In this document: positions 19,342-29,310 of the stretch, in pieces
How the letters are laid out: the number at the start of each line of letters is the position of its first letter
Numbering within the stretch: position 1 is the first letter of the stretch
NCBI GenBank assembly: GCA_963743305.1
Contig: CAVUPH010000012.1
Span: 1-64,000 of the forward strand
Length of the DNA stretch: 64,000 nt
DNA from: an uncultured delta proteobacterium
GTDB taxonomy: Bacteria; Desulfobacterota; RBG-13-43-22
Direction of reading: 5' to 3'
Notes under the pieces: generated by a model
Told to the model about the DNA's origin: nothing
Seen by the model: only the letters and a program-made list of their open reading frames with translations
The model's database searches: none
Position numbers and translations under genes: made by a program

Positions 19342-21207
19342 ATGAACCGAACTGTACCCAGCCGCCCCTTAATCAGCGTCATCATCCCCACCCAAAACCG
19401 GGCGGAACTTCTGGACCAGTCGCTTCGAAGTTTTACCCGACAGACATTGAACCAGGCGCTGTTTGAAATCATAATAGTGGACGATGGCTCCATTGATTCC
19501 ACCCGGCAGGTCTTAAAGTCATGGGAAAACCATTTGCCGGTCCGAACCTTTTTTCAGCCACAGGCCGGGATTGCCGCGGCTAAGAATCAGGGTATCTCCG
19601 CCGCTGCCGCTCCCCTCCTGCTGTTTTTTGATGATGACGACCTGGCCTCTCCGGGTTTACTGAAAGCGCATCTTAAAAGCCACCAAAACCATCCGGCGGA
19701 AACCGTTGCCGTCCTGAATTACACTATCTGGCAACCCGGTTTAAAAATCACCCCCCTGATGCATTTCATCACCCATGAAGGGGGGTTGCTTTTCAGTTAC
19801 CCCCAGATTCGGCACGGCCAGTTCTTGGATTTCACTTTTTTCTGGGGCGGGAGGGCCTCGTGCAAAAAAAGCCTGCTGACCCGCTACGGAGTATTCAATC
19901 CCGACTTCCGCTTCGGCAACGAAGACGTGGAACTGGGATATCGATTGGCGCCTCAGGGGTTTCAGGTAATCTTCAACCGCAAGGCCGTCAGCTTTATGAA
20001 CCGGCCGGTGACCTTGGACGATTTTGTGGACCGGTGCCTCAAACAAGGAAAGGCCAATTTCATCTGGGGGACCGGGAGCGATGATCCCTGGGTGCGGGCC
20101 TGGTGCCTCTTGACCCACATCAACCAGGAGGCTGCCGGGAATAAGGCCCATTATGATGCCCTATTGGACTATACCCGAAAGCTGGACCACCTGGCCAACG
20201 AACAGATCGCCCAAGGCCTCCCCTTAAGCCTCGAATTTCAGAAAACCCTGTTCGAGGCTTACGGAAAGACCTTTCGGGCCTGTAAAATCAAAGGGGCTAC
20301 CTTGGAGCGGGGAAGCCGGAGCCTTTCCGAAAGTGCAGAACGGACCAAATCATTTCTGATCGATCAAATCCCCCAGGACTTCAAAGTCGTGGCCGTTATC
20401 TGCGCTTTTAACGAAGAGGATCTGATTTATCACAGTTTGCGCCACTTGATTGAAAACGGCGTAGCGGTCTATCTGCTGGACCATCACTCCACCGACCGCA
20501 CGGTCGAAGAGGCTTCCCGCTGGCTGGGGCAAGGGCTCCTGCACATCGAGAAGTTTCCGGGAGAAAGTGGCTTCTCCGAAAAATACCAGTCGATTTTTTC
20601 ATTGGGGTTGATCACCCAACGGGTGGAGCAGCTCCACCGGGAACTGGGCGCCGATTGGGTTATGCACTACGACGCCGATGAATTTCGGGAATCCCCCTGG
20701 CCGGGGATGAACCTGCAGGAAGCCTTCCGCCTGGTGGATACCCTGGGATTCAATGCCGTAAATTTTGAGTATCTGAACTTCTGGCCCACGGAGAATAATT
20801 ATCTCCCCGGGCAGGATGTTCGGGATTTCATTCATTACTATGAACCGGCCACGGAGTTGGACAAACCTCGCATCAACGCCTGGAAGAATTTTGGCCAGCC
20901 TATTGACTTAACTACCTTTATGGGCCACAAGGTTTGTTTCCAGGGGTTAAAGGTTTTTCCACTACAGTTCATCAACCGGCATTACCGTATCCGCAGCCAG
21001 GAACACGGGCAGAAAAAAGTCTTCCAAGAACGAAAAAATCGTTTTGATCCGACAGAAAAATCGGCGGGTAGCCACCTCCATTACGACGGGTTGAATCCGG
21101 AATTTAATTTTATCAAAGATAAAAAGGACCTTTGCTTGTATGATGCGGCTCGGGTCAGGAAAGAACTCTGGTTTAAGTCGGCCTTCAATGCGGGCAAGTA
21201 CCGCTGA
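19342..21207 (+). CDS. Double-domain GT2 glycosyltransferase
   Basis: ISVIIPT.N, IVDDGS.D, FFDDD, EDVELGYRL; second GT2-like domain AFNEEDLI, DHHSTDRT, YDADEF. Confidence 0.88.
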   Translation: MNRTVPSRPLISVIIPTQNRAELLDQSLRSFTRQTLNQALFEIIIVDDGSIDSTRQVLKSWENHLPVRTFFQPQAGIAAAKNQGISAAAAPLLLFFDDDDLASPGLLKAHLKSHQNHPAETVAVLNYTIWQPGLKITPLMHFITHEGGLLFSYPQIRHGQFLDFTFFWGGRASCKKSLLTRYGVFNPDFRFGNEDVELGYRLAPQGFQVIFNRKAVSFMNRPVTLDDFVDRCLKQGKANFIWGTGSDDPWVRAWCLLTHINQEAAGNKAHYDALLDYTRKLDHLANEQIAQGLPLSLEFQKTLFEAYGKTFRACKIKGATLERGSRSLSESAERTKSFLIDQIPQDFKVVAVICAFNEEDLIYHSLRHLIENGVAVYLLDHHSTDRTVEEASRWLGQGLLHIEKFPGESGFSEKYQSIFSLGLITQRVEQLHRELGADWVMHYDADEFRESPWPGMNLQEAFRLVDTLGFNAVNFEYLNFWPTENNYLPGQDVRDFIHYYEPATELDKPRINAWKNFGQPIDLTTFMGHKVCFQGLKVFPLQFINRHYRIRSQEHGQKKVFQERKNRFDPTEKSAGSHLHYDGLNPEFNFIKDKKDLCLYDAARVRKELWFKSAFNAGKYR

Positions 21208-21223
21208 AAGCCGGGGACCTTCC

Positions 21224-21520
21224 ATGGACGACCAAGAAAACAGACTTCTCGAAGAGCTAATAGCGGAACTGCAGGAAACCGTTCAAACCCAGAAGAGGAT
21301 TATCGAAAACCTGCAGGAGGTCATCAAAGCCCGAGACATGGATCTCACGATGTTGGAGAATACCGTCCAAGTGAAAGAAATCGCCATCCAGAACCTGTAT
21401 AGTTCCCGGACCTGGAAGACCCTATCCGGGTTATTCCAGTCGGTCAATCGCCTGCTGCCTCCTAATTCCAGAAGACGGAAAATGGCCGGCAAGATCTTTC
21501 CCCGGTCGTTTATCTCCTGA
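21224..21520 (+). CDS. Small coiled-coil protein (98 aa) resembling glycan chain-length ruler segments
   Basis: Heptad-rich EELIAELQETVQTQKRIIENLQEVI..., ending SSRTWK..L...NRLLPPNSRRR. Confidence 0.6.
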   Translation: MDDQENRLLEELIAELQETVQTQKRIIENLQEVIKARDMDLTMLENTVQVKEIAIQNLYSSRTWKTLSGLFQSVNRLLPPNSRRRKMAGKIFPRSFIS

Positions 21521-21619
21521 TTTATCCAAAGCGCTTTAATCGACCGCTATGGCCTCCTATCATCCGCTATTCGGGTCCTTCCTTTTTCCAGCGATCTTTC
21601 CCCTCCGGGATCCTGTCTA

Positions 21620-24331
21620 ATGATTCACTACCGAAAAGAGGAAGGGGTGCGCGTCTCCCCCCTCGGAAGGCGGCCTGTCTTCGTTACCCCCCAGGGCGGT
21701 CGGATCGCCAGCGATTCGCACTTGGCAGCCTTCTGGGAAGGGGTCGATGGTCGCAGTCTGGAAGAGATCCTGAATCAGGGCCGCGCGGCCGGTGATTCCC
21801 GGCCGGAGATCTTGGCCTCTTTGGCCTGCCTGGCCGAGGCCGGCCTGATCCGGCGGGAGCCGTCCCCGGAATCCTGGAAACAGAAACCGCCTTTTGGTTT
21901 GGGTCCCTTGGTTTCCGTGGTCATTGTCAGCTTCAACAGCCGCGAGTGGCTGGTCGATTGTCTCCCTTCGCTGGCTCGGCAGAACTATTCTCCCCTGGAA
22001 ATCATCGTGGTGGACAACGGATCGAGCGATGATACCTGCCTCTGGCTTCAAAACCATCATCCGGAGGTCAAAGCCCACCGTCTGGAAAAATCCGGAGCCC
22101 TGTCGCGGGCGATTAATTTCGGTGTAGCCCGGGCCCGGGGAGACTATTTCCTCCTCCTAAATCCCGACCTCCTCCTCGACCCCGAGGCTATTTTCCACCT
22201 GGTGGAAATCGCCCGGCAGGATCCGGCCTGCGCCGCTGTGGCCGCCAAATTGAAATTGTGGTGGGCGCCGGCTTTTTTGAACGGCTTGGGTAATTATGTG
22301 GGGCCTTTTTCCTGGGGAACGGATATCGGCCTCGGACATCTGGACCTTGGACAGTTTGACCATTGGGAAGAAATCCCTTCGGCCTGCTTCGCCGCCACCC
22401 TGATCCCTCGTTCGGCTTGGGATAAAGTCGGCCCCCTGGATGAAGGATTTCCCCTTTATTATGAGGACTCCGAGTGGTGCTACCGGGCCCGTTCTTTAGG
22501 CTTGATGATCCGTCCGGCCCCCCTGGCCGTGGGTCTTCATGCCTTCGGCGGACGCCGACCCTCCGGTCAAGCCGATCCTTTAACCCCGCGCAAGCTGGAG
22601 CGGGTGGCCTATGGGCGGCTGCGGTTTGCCTCTAAACTGGCCGATAAATCATTGCCCCGGTTTCTACGCAATTACGCCCTGGAGGACCTGCTGAACGGTG
22701 CCCGGGCTGTCTGCCGATTCCAGTGGCCCCTGCTTCAGGCCTACGGGCGCGCCTGGTTAAAATTTTCCCGGGAATGGCCCGGACTTCGATCGATTCGCGC
22801 CCAGGCACTGGCCGGGCGGAGGCTTTCCGACGAGGTTCTTTTCAAGACCCCGGTCGAGCTGCCGCCGACCTTGATTTGGAACGGCCTGCCGGAACTTTCC
22901 TGGGACCGGATCCGATCCATCTACCTGCCCTTGATCCAATCCAAAAGGACACGCCCTATGCCCGAATTTTCCCCTTCGTTTAGTCAACTCCGCTTGCTGA
23001 TTGTCAGCCACGACCTGGTGGATACCAAAATGGCGGGTCCCGGCATGCGATACCTGGAGATGGCCAAGGCCCTGCAGCAGCTCGGCCTGGAAGTCACCCT
23101 GGCCATACCCGGGAAAACCAGCCTGGAGCAGTCGGAGGTCTCTTTAGTCTCTTACGAGGAGGCCCGACCGGACGGCCTTAAAGTGTTGGTCGAAAACCAC
23201 GAGACGACGTTGATCTCCGGATACCTGATAAAAAAATTTCCTTTTCTGGAACAAAGCCGTTCCCGCCTGGTGGTGGACTTGTACGATCCGATCGTCCTGG
23301 AAAACCTGTATTATTATTTAAAGGAACCCCTTAAAAGTCAGGAAATCATGAATAACCAGGCCGTTTCCGTGACCAATGCCTTGGCCCGGGTCGGCGATTT
23401 CTTTATCTGCGGTAACGAACGGCAGCGTGACTACTGGATCGGGCTGCTGACCGCCAACCAGCGGGTCAATCCCCGGAACTTCGCCGAGGACTCCAGCTTG
23501 CGTCGGCTGATCGATGTGGTCGGAGTGGGACTACCCGACCGGGAACCCCGGCCTCACCCCCTGGTTCGCGGCCTCCATCCGGCAGTACCCTCGAACGCCC
23601 GCCTGGTCCTCTGGGGAGGAGGAATCTGGAACTGGCTGGATCCCCTGACCCTGGTTCAGGCCTGGCCCGAAGTGCTGAAAGAGCACCCGGAGGCCCGGTT
23701 GATATTTTTAGGCACCCGACACCCCAACCCCCAGGTCCCGGTTCATGAGATGGCGGAAAGAACGCAGCGGCTGGCCGCCGAAGTCGGCGAAAAAGACAAA
23801 ACCATTCTCTTTTTTGAATGGTTGTCCTATGAAGACCGGGAAGCCCTGCTCTGCGAAGCCGATATCGGCGTCACCCTGCACCCGGTCCACCTGGAAACCC
23901 GCTACTCCATCCGCACCCGCGTTCTGGATTACATCTGGGCCCGGTTGCCCATCCTGATCACTGAAGGGGATGTGACCAGTGAATGGGTCCGCCAGGAGGA
24001 TTTAGGCGCCGTGGTCCCACCTTTTAATCCCGAGGCGGTATCCCAGGGACTGAACCGCATTCTGGATCAGCCGAAGGACTATTGGTCCTCCCGGTTTGTC
24101 ACGCTCCGGGAAACTCTATCCTGGTCCTCGGTGGTCCGGCCACTCCACCGGTATTGTCTGGAAGGCGGCTACGCCCCGGATCGAGTGGAAGGGAGGACTT
24201 CATCCCTATTGAGCCTGGATAAAGGGATGACCCCTCTTTCTCGAGCCCTGGTGATCTGGCGCTCCGAAGGGGCCCAGGTCTTATGGCATCGAGGCCTACG
24301 CTATCTGCAATGGCGCCTTTCCAGGAGTTGA
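21620..24331 (+). CDS. PqqD/wHTH-like N-domain + GT2 + GT4 multidomain glycosyltransferase
   Basis: N-term FWEGVDGRSLEEIL...LACLAEAGLI; GT2 VSVVIVSFNS, VDNGSSD, LNPD, YYEDSEWCYRAR; GT-B half MAGPGMRY, LWGGGIWNWLDP, RTRVLDYIWA. Confidence 0.85.
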   Translation: MIHYRKEEGVRVSPLGRRPVFVTPQGGRIASDSHLAAFWEGVDGRSLEEILNQGRAAGDSRPEILASLACLAEAGLIRREPSPESWKQKPPFGLGPLVSVVIVSFNSREWLVDCLPSLARQNYSPLEIIVVDNGSSDDTCLWLQNHHPEVKAHRLEKSGALSRAINFGVARARGDYFLLLNPDLLLDPEAIFHLVEIARQDPACAAVAAKLKLWWAPAFLNGLGNYVGPFSWGTDIGLGHLDLGQFDHWEEIPSACFAATLIPRSAWDKVGPLDEGFPLYYEDSEWCYRARSLGLMIRPAPLAVGLHAFGGRRPSGQADPLTPRKLERVAYGRLRFASKLADKSLPRFLRNYALEDLLNGARAVCRFQWPLLQAYGRAWLKFSREWPGLRSIRAQALAGRRLSDEVLFKTPVELPPTLIWNGLPELSWDRIRSIYLPLIQSKRTRPMPEFSPSFSQLRLLIVSHDLVDTKMAGPGMRYLEMAKALQQLGLEVTLAIPGKTSLEQSEVSLVSYEEARPDGLKVLVENHETTLISGYLIKKFPFLEQSRSRLVVDLYDPIVLENLYYYLKEPLKSQEIMNNQAVSVTNALARVGDFFICGNERQRDYWIGLLTANQRVNPRNFAEDSSLRRLIDVVGVGLPDREPRPHPLVRGLHPAVPSNARLVLWGGGIWNWLDPLTLVQAWPEVLKEHPEARLIFLGTRHPNPQVPVHEMAERTQRLAAEVGEKDKTILFFEWLSYEDREALLCEADIGVTLHPVHLETRYSIRTRVLDYIWARLPILITEGDVTSEWVRQEDLGAVVPPFNPEAVSQGLNRILDQPKDYWSSRFVTLRETLSWSSVVRPLHRYCLEGGYAPDRVEGRTSSLLSLDKGMTPLSRALVIWRSEGAQVLWHRGLRYLQWRLSRS

Positions 24332-24349
24332 CCCCGAAAGATCCCGGCC

Positions 24350-25594
24350 ATGAAGATTCTTCATCTCGTTCAGGGATACTTTCCGGCGGTCGGGGGCACG
24401 GAGTGGCTGATACAGCAAATTTCGGAAGAATTGGTGCGACAATTCGGGGACGAGGTCACCGTATTTACCACCAACTGCTTGAGCGGCGAAGGTTTTTTTA
24501 ATTCCCGCTTACCCCGTCTTCCTTCCGGCTGGGAAGAACGCCGGGGAGTGAAAATACGCCGCTTCGAAGTCAACAGCCGCTTGAGTTGGATAGCTCGGAA
24601 GGTCCAATTCCTGCCTTACCATTTAAGCCTTCCGGGCAATCAATACCTGCGGGCTTTAGCCGGAGGACCGATTATCCCTGGATTGAAGAAGGCTGTTGAG
24701 GAACACCCGGCCGAAGTAATTGCCGCCTCTTCTTTTCCCTTACGGCATATGTTTGTCGCCCTGGAAGCAGCCGCGAAGACCCGCAGGCCTTGTGTGTTCC
24801 ATGGAGGGCTTCATCCCCAAGACCATTGGGGATTTCAGCGGCCCATGATTTACCGGGCCATTCAAAGGGCTAGTTACTATATTGCCAACACTGATTTCGA
24901 AGCCGCCTACGTGCAACAACAAGGCGCTGATTCGGGTCGGGTGGAAACCGTTGGCGTGGGTACCCACTGGGAGACCTTTGCGAAAGGTGATGTTCAAGAA
25001 GCCAAGCGGGCACTTGGTTTATCAGGAAAACCGGTGGTTGGTTTTATCGGTCAAATCAGCGCGGTCAAAGGGGCGGACACCCTGGTACGGGCCATGCCCT
25101 TGGTTTGGAGGACCTTCCCCGAGACCCGCCTCTTGATTGCCGGAGCCAGGACATCGTTCACTTGGCATCTTGAAAACCTGATAGCCGCTCTTCCGGAAGG
25201 GGATCGAAGAAAAATCCTCCTCATCCCCAATTTTCCTGAAGAGGACAAACCCAGAATTTTTTCCGCTCTGGATGTTTTCGCTTATCCTTCCGGTTTCGAA
25301 TCCTTCGGGATCTCCTATTTGGAGGCCTGGGCCTGTAAAAAGCCGGTCATCGGCTGCCTCCGGGGTGCCGTTCCCTGGGTTATTCAGGGGGGAAAGGATG
25401 GCCTCTTGGTACCTTACCAAGATGAAAAGATGCTGGCCGAGTCGATCAACCTCCTTCTAGCCAACCCCCGGTGGGCGCGAAGTCTGGGGGAAGCGGGATA
25501 TCAGAAAGTCGTCCGCAGGTATAACTGGCCCGAAATTGCCCGTCGCTTCCGACTGATCTACCAGCGGGTCTGCGCAAGTTCCTCGGCTTCTTAG
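24350..25594 (+). CDS. GT4 glycosyltransferase
   Basis: MKILHLVQGYFPAVGGTE; ESFGISYLEAWACKKPVI. Confidence 0.92.
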   Translation: MKILHLVQGYFPAVGGTEWLIQQISEELVRQFGDEVTVFTTNCLSGEGFFNSRLPRLPSGWEERRGVKIRRFEVNSRLSWIARKVQFLPYHLSLPGNQYLRALAGGPIIPGLKKAVEEHPAEVIAASSFPLRHMFVALEAAAKTRRPCVFHGGLHPQDHWGFQRPMIYRAIQRASYYIANTDFEAAYVQQQGADSGRVETVGVGTHWETFAKGDVQEAKRALGLSGKPVVGFIGQISAVKGADTLVRAMPLVWRTFPETRLLIAGARTSFTWHLENLIAALPEGDRRKILLIPNFPEEDKPRIFSALDVFAYPSGFESFGISYLEAWACKKPVIGCLRGAVPWVIQGGKDGLLVPYQDEKMLAESINLLLANPRWARSLGEAGYQKVVRRYNWPEIARRFRLIYQRVCASSSAS

Positions 25595-25793
25595 AGCTCA
25601 TTGGTCCCCTCCAGACCGTCATTTTTTGTCGATTTTAGACACTTTTTGGCTGGATTTCCATACGGCCATTCGCCTCCCTATACATATTATGCCGGATTTA
25701 GTGCTAATTTATTCAATATAGATGTTGGCCTTCCTTTTGCTTCTATCCCTTATTGTCTGGTCTAAAGATTTTGATCGTTCAGCCGATAAAGAG

Positions 25794-27659
25794 ATGGAGA
25801 GATATTCAATGAAGGCCGCCGCTATTACAAAATATTTATTGGCTATTCTTTTTATATCCGGATTTATCTACGATTTCATTCCCGGGATTGGAATTCCGGG
25901 ATTCACTAATACCTGCCTGGCGCTAACTGACTCAAAATTTCCCGAAGGAAACGACTATGCTACCCGGAGCTTGCACAATTCCTGGGACATGGACGAATAC
26001 TCGGATATCTCTCAATATATCAATCAGTCCGGCCAGGCGAATGTTCTCCAGGACATTAAGGTTGAAAATGGACTCTTTTCAGCTCGGTCGATTGATGATG
26101 CCCATTTTTTTCCGTTGTTTCCCGGATACCAGACCGCTATGCTGATCGGCAAAGTGGGACACAATTACCCGATCGTCTCCTCGAAATATAAGACTTTATA
26201 TATCGCCATGAAAGTGGATTCGGGTGCCCCGGCCCCCTATCCGGATATGTTTCAAATCATGTGGTTCGCCGACGAACGACTGAACGGATCGGGAGGCATT
26301 TGGGGCTATTCCAAATTTGTACCCCTTTATCCCGAAGCCGGAACAGCCACGCCTAATCCTATCTGGAAATTATTTAAGATTGACCTTTCCACCGCTGAAA
26401 ATGCAGGCGGAGGCACCCCCTGGACCGGCAGTACCGTCTGGCAGGGTTTGCGGATCGATCCCACCATGCAAAAGCAGGTAAATTTTCAAGTGGACTGGAT
26501 ACGACTGACCGACTCCCTTCCGGTCAATTTCCCCCTTACCTTTAGCGGCGGAGGAGCAAACTTTTCGATTTGGATCGTCCCGGTCGGGACCAACCGGGAG
26601 ATCCTGGTCCAAACCGGGGTCTCCAGCCCCTTTAATCTAGACCTGCAGGGGATCGCTCCGGGAACATATACCTATCTGATTAAGAACGGAAGCACGGTGA
26701 TTAAATCCGGAAGCTTTGAAATCAATCAGGCCCCGATCGTGAACTTTACCCGTCCCTCCCCCACGGGCAGCGAGGATTATGCCACCCTGGCGGGTACTGC
26801 TTGGGATATGAGCACTGGATCGGGGGTCAACATGGAATGCGCCGCCTATAATTTTCAGGACGGCAAGCTGAACTTGACCACCCCGACGGCCGCCGCTCAG
26901 CCCCCCCAATGTGACGGGGGGGGCGTTTCCGACCCGCGTCTGAATCTGAACGTGCCTTCTCCCTTTAACCCGGCCGAATACCGTTATTTATCCTTCCGGA
27001 TGTATACGGAAGGGGCTTGGCAAAACGTGCCTCAAGGGATGATGGCCCGTTGGATCTGGACGGTTCCCGGCAGCGGGAACAATTGCTACCTGGTAAGTCA
27101 GGATATCCCTTTTGACGTGGGCTGGCAGACCTATACCATTGATTTATTCGATGCCTTCAACGGAACTCCTGAAGTGGTGGTCGGCCCCTGCCCTCAGTAT
27201 TCCTGGGAAAATACCCCTTCCGTGATCGGGTTACGTTTTGACCCGAATGAAAACATATTGGGCTATCCTCTGTTTCAATCAATCGACTGGGTCAAACTCT
27301 ACAAAGGGGATCGTGTTTCCAGAGGGGTTCCCTTCCCGGTAAAAATGTTTCTAAATAAACCTCCGGAAGAAACGGGACTCAGTTATTTTTACACCAGCGA
27401 CCCCAAGAACGACCCCCAGCAACAGGCGGCCCGGGTGTATCTGTCCAGCCCTTCCTTGTCATCGACCGGTTCCTATCGGGTTTATATTCCTATAATAAAT
27501 TCAAATTTCGATCCCACCGATATGCCCCCGCCCAACAGCGTGACTTACAATTGGGATACCAGTCAGGTTACTCCCGGGAAATACTATATTTGCGTCTCGG
27601 TGACGGACTCTCACAATCCAACGACCGTATGCAGCGACGTTCCTGTCCAGGTAATCTAA
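25794..27659 (+). CDS. Secreted beta-rich surface protein with an internal domain duplication (carbohydrate-binding-like)
   Basis: Signal peptide; duplicated motifs DYAT...WDM, LR[IF]DP, [VI]DW[IV][RK]L; Ig-like tail WDTSQVTPGKYYIC; start uncertain (25722-25809). Confidence 0.7.
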   Translation: MERYSMKAAAITKYLLAILFISGFIYDFIPGIGIPGFTNTCLALTDSKFPEGNDYATRSLHNSWDMDEYSDISQYINQSGQANVLQDIKVENGLFSARSIDDAHFFPLFPGYQTAMLIGKVGHNYPIVSSKYKTLYIAMKVDSGAPAPYPDMFQIMWFADERLNGSGGIWGYSKFVPLYPEAGTATPNPIWKLFKIDLSTAENAGGGTPWTGSTVWQGLRIDPTMQKQVNFQVDWIRLTDSLPVNFPLTFSGGGANFSIWIVPVGTNREILVQTGVSSPFNLDLQGIAPGTYTYLIKNGSTVIKSGSFEINQAPIVNFTRPSPTGSEDYATLAGTAWDMSTGSGVNMECAAYNFQDGKLNLTTPTAAAQPPQCDGGGVSDPRLNLNVPSPFNPAEYRYLSFRMYTEGAWQNVPQGMMARWIWTVPGSGNNCYLVSQDIPFDVGWQTYTIDLFDAFNGTPEVVVGPCPQYSWENTPSVIGLRFDPNENILGYPLFQSIDWVKLYKGDRVSRGVPFPVKMFLNKPPEETGLSYFYTSDPKNDPQQQAARVYLSSPSLSSTGSYRVYIPIINSNFDPTDMPPPNSVTYNWDTSQVTPGKYYICVSVTDSHNPTTVCSDVPVQVI

Positions 27660-27817
27660 TCCCGACCAAGTATTTTCTTCACACTTTGAAACTTTAGTCG
27701 CCCGACCAGGGAGGTTTCAGCCTCCCCCGGCCTATATTTTCGTGCTTTCCGGGTGAACGACGGGGACCCGGGGATTCCCTTCCTTTGTAGTCAGGCTGAA
27801 CCACCTTTCCTGCCCTA

Positions 27818-29272
27818 GTGAAAAATCTTCATCTCAACCGCCAATCCATTGGATTTAAAGAGTACCAGGCTGCCCGAAGGGCCCATTGGGATGCCCTGGC
27901 CTCGGAGGAGTCACTTCCAAAGGGCTGGGGGAGGTATTACCATCAAAGGCTGCGGCAGATATACCAAAATATTATCCCCTCTGGTCGACAGGTACTGGAA
28001 TTAGGCTGCGCGGAAGGGGATCTGCTGGCGGCCGTTAAACCGGCGAAGGGCGTCGGAATTGATTTTTCCGGCCGGATGCTCCGAGAGGCCGCTAGCCGGC
28101 ACCCGGAGCTACATTTCCTGCGGGCCGACGCCCAGGAAATGGAATTAAAGGAACGTTTTGAGGCCATCATACTTTCCGACCTGGTGAATGATCTCTGGGA
28201 CGTCCAGGAGGTTTTGGAAAAAGCCGCTCGCTGTTCTTCCTCCAGGACCCGTTTGGTCATTAACAGCTACAGCCGACTTTGGGAAATCCCGCTCTCCCTG
28301 GCCGGCCGCCTGGGTCTGGCCCGCACCCGGCTTTACCAGAACTGGCTCACCGTGGCGGACATCCGGAATTTGTTGACTTTAAGCGGTTGGGAGCTGATTC
28401 GTTCCTGGGAAGAGGTCCTCTGGCCTCTGCCCTTTCCTGTCCTGGGAAGCTTTACTAACCAATTTCTGGTCAAGTGGTGGCCCTTTAAATACCTGGCCCT
28501 GACCAATTTCTTCCTGGCCCGGCCGTCTCCCAGCGCACCATCGGCTTTTGAAGCGCCGACGGTATCCGTCATCATTCCAGCCCGGAATGAAGCCGGCAAT
28601 TTGCCGGAGATCTTTCGCCGGGTGCCGGAAATGGGTCAGGGAACCGAACTGGTGCTGGTGGAAGGCCATTCCACGGACGGTACCTATGAAGCCATGGCCC
28701 GGGAGGCGGAGAAGCACCCGGAACGTTCCTGCCAGTTGCTTCGGCAGAGCGGCAGCGGCAAGGGAGATGCGGTCCGTTTAGGCTTTTCCCGGGCCAAGGG
28801 AGCCATCCTGATGATCCTGGATGCCGACTTAACCGTTCCTCCGGAGGACCTGCCCCGTTTTTATCAGGCGCTGGTTTCCGGAAAAGGCGAAATGATCAAC
28901 GGGGTCCGCTTAGTCTATCCCCTGGAGGATCAGGCCATGCGGTTTTTCAATTTCTTGGGCAATAAGTTTTTCAGCCTGGCTTTTTCCTGGTTGCTCGGGC
29001 AACCGATCAAGGATACGCTTTGCGGCACTAAGGTAATGTGGAAGGAGGATTACCGTCATCTAGCGGCCAACCGGGAATACTTCGGGGACTTTGACCCCTT
29101 CGGGGATTTTGACCTGCTTTTTGGAGCCGCCAAGCTGGGGCTCAAGATCATTGATCTTCCCATCCGGTACCGTCAGCGGGTTTACGGGACGACCAACATT
29201 CAACGCTGGAAGCACGGTTGGCTGTTGCTCCGGATGGTCGGCTTTGCCGCCGGAAAAATCAAATTCATTTAG
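27818..29272 (+). CDS. Class I SAM methyltransferase-like domain fused to a polyprenol-phosphate glycosyltransferase-like GT2
   Basis: VLELGCAEGDLL; VSVIIPARNEAGN, EGHSTDGT, ILDADL, DTLCGTK. Confidence 0.88.
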   Translation: MKNLHLNRQSIGFKEYQAARRAHWDALASEESLPKGWGRYYHQRLRQIYQNIIPSGRQVLELGCAEGDLLAAVKPAKGVGIDFSGRMLREAASRHPELHFLRADAQEMELKERFEAIILSDLVNDLWDVQEVLEKAARCSSSRTRLVINSYSRLWEIPLSLAGRLGLARTRLYQNWLTVADIRNLLTLSGWELIRSWEEVLWPLPFPVLGSFTNQFLVKWWPFKYLALTNFFLARPSPSAPSAFEAPTVSVIIPARNEAGNLPEIFRRVPEMGQGTELVLVEGHSTDGTYEAMAREAEKHPERSCQLLRQSGSGKGDAVRLGFSRAKGAILMILDADLTVPPEDLPRFYQALVSGKGEMINGVRLVYPLEDQAMRFFNFLGNKFFSLAFSWLLGQPIKDTLCGTKVMWKEDYRHLAANREYFGDFDPFGDFDLLFGAAKLGLKIIDLPIRYRQRVYGTTNIQRWKHGWLLLRMVGFAAGKIKFI

Positions 29273-29310
29273 AACCATGGGTAATTTCAAAGGCAGCAAA
29301 GAGAATCCCT

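Noticed and set aside
21224-21520. Classical RiPP precursor for the RRE-like glycosyltransferase
   Set aside because: No leader/core pattern, Cys/Ser-rich core, peptidase or exporter nearby; looks like a coiled-coil ruler, so kept only as a possible binding partner
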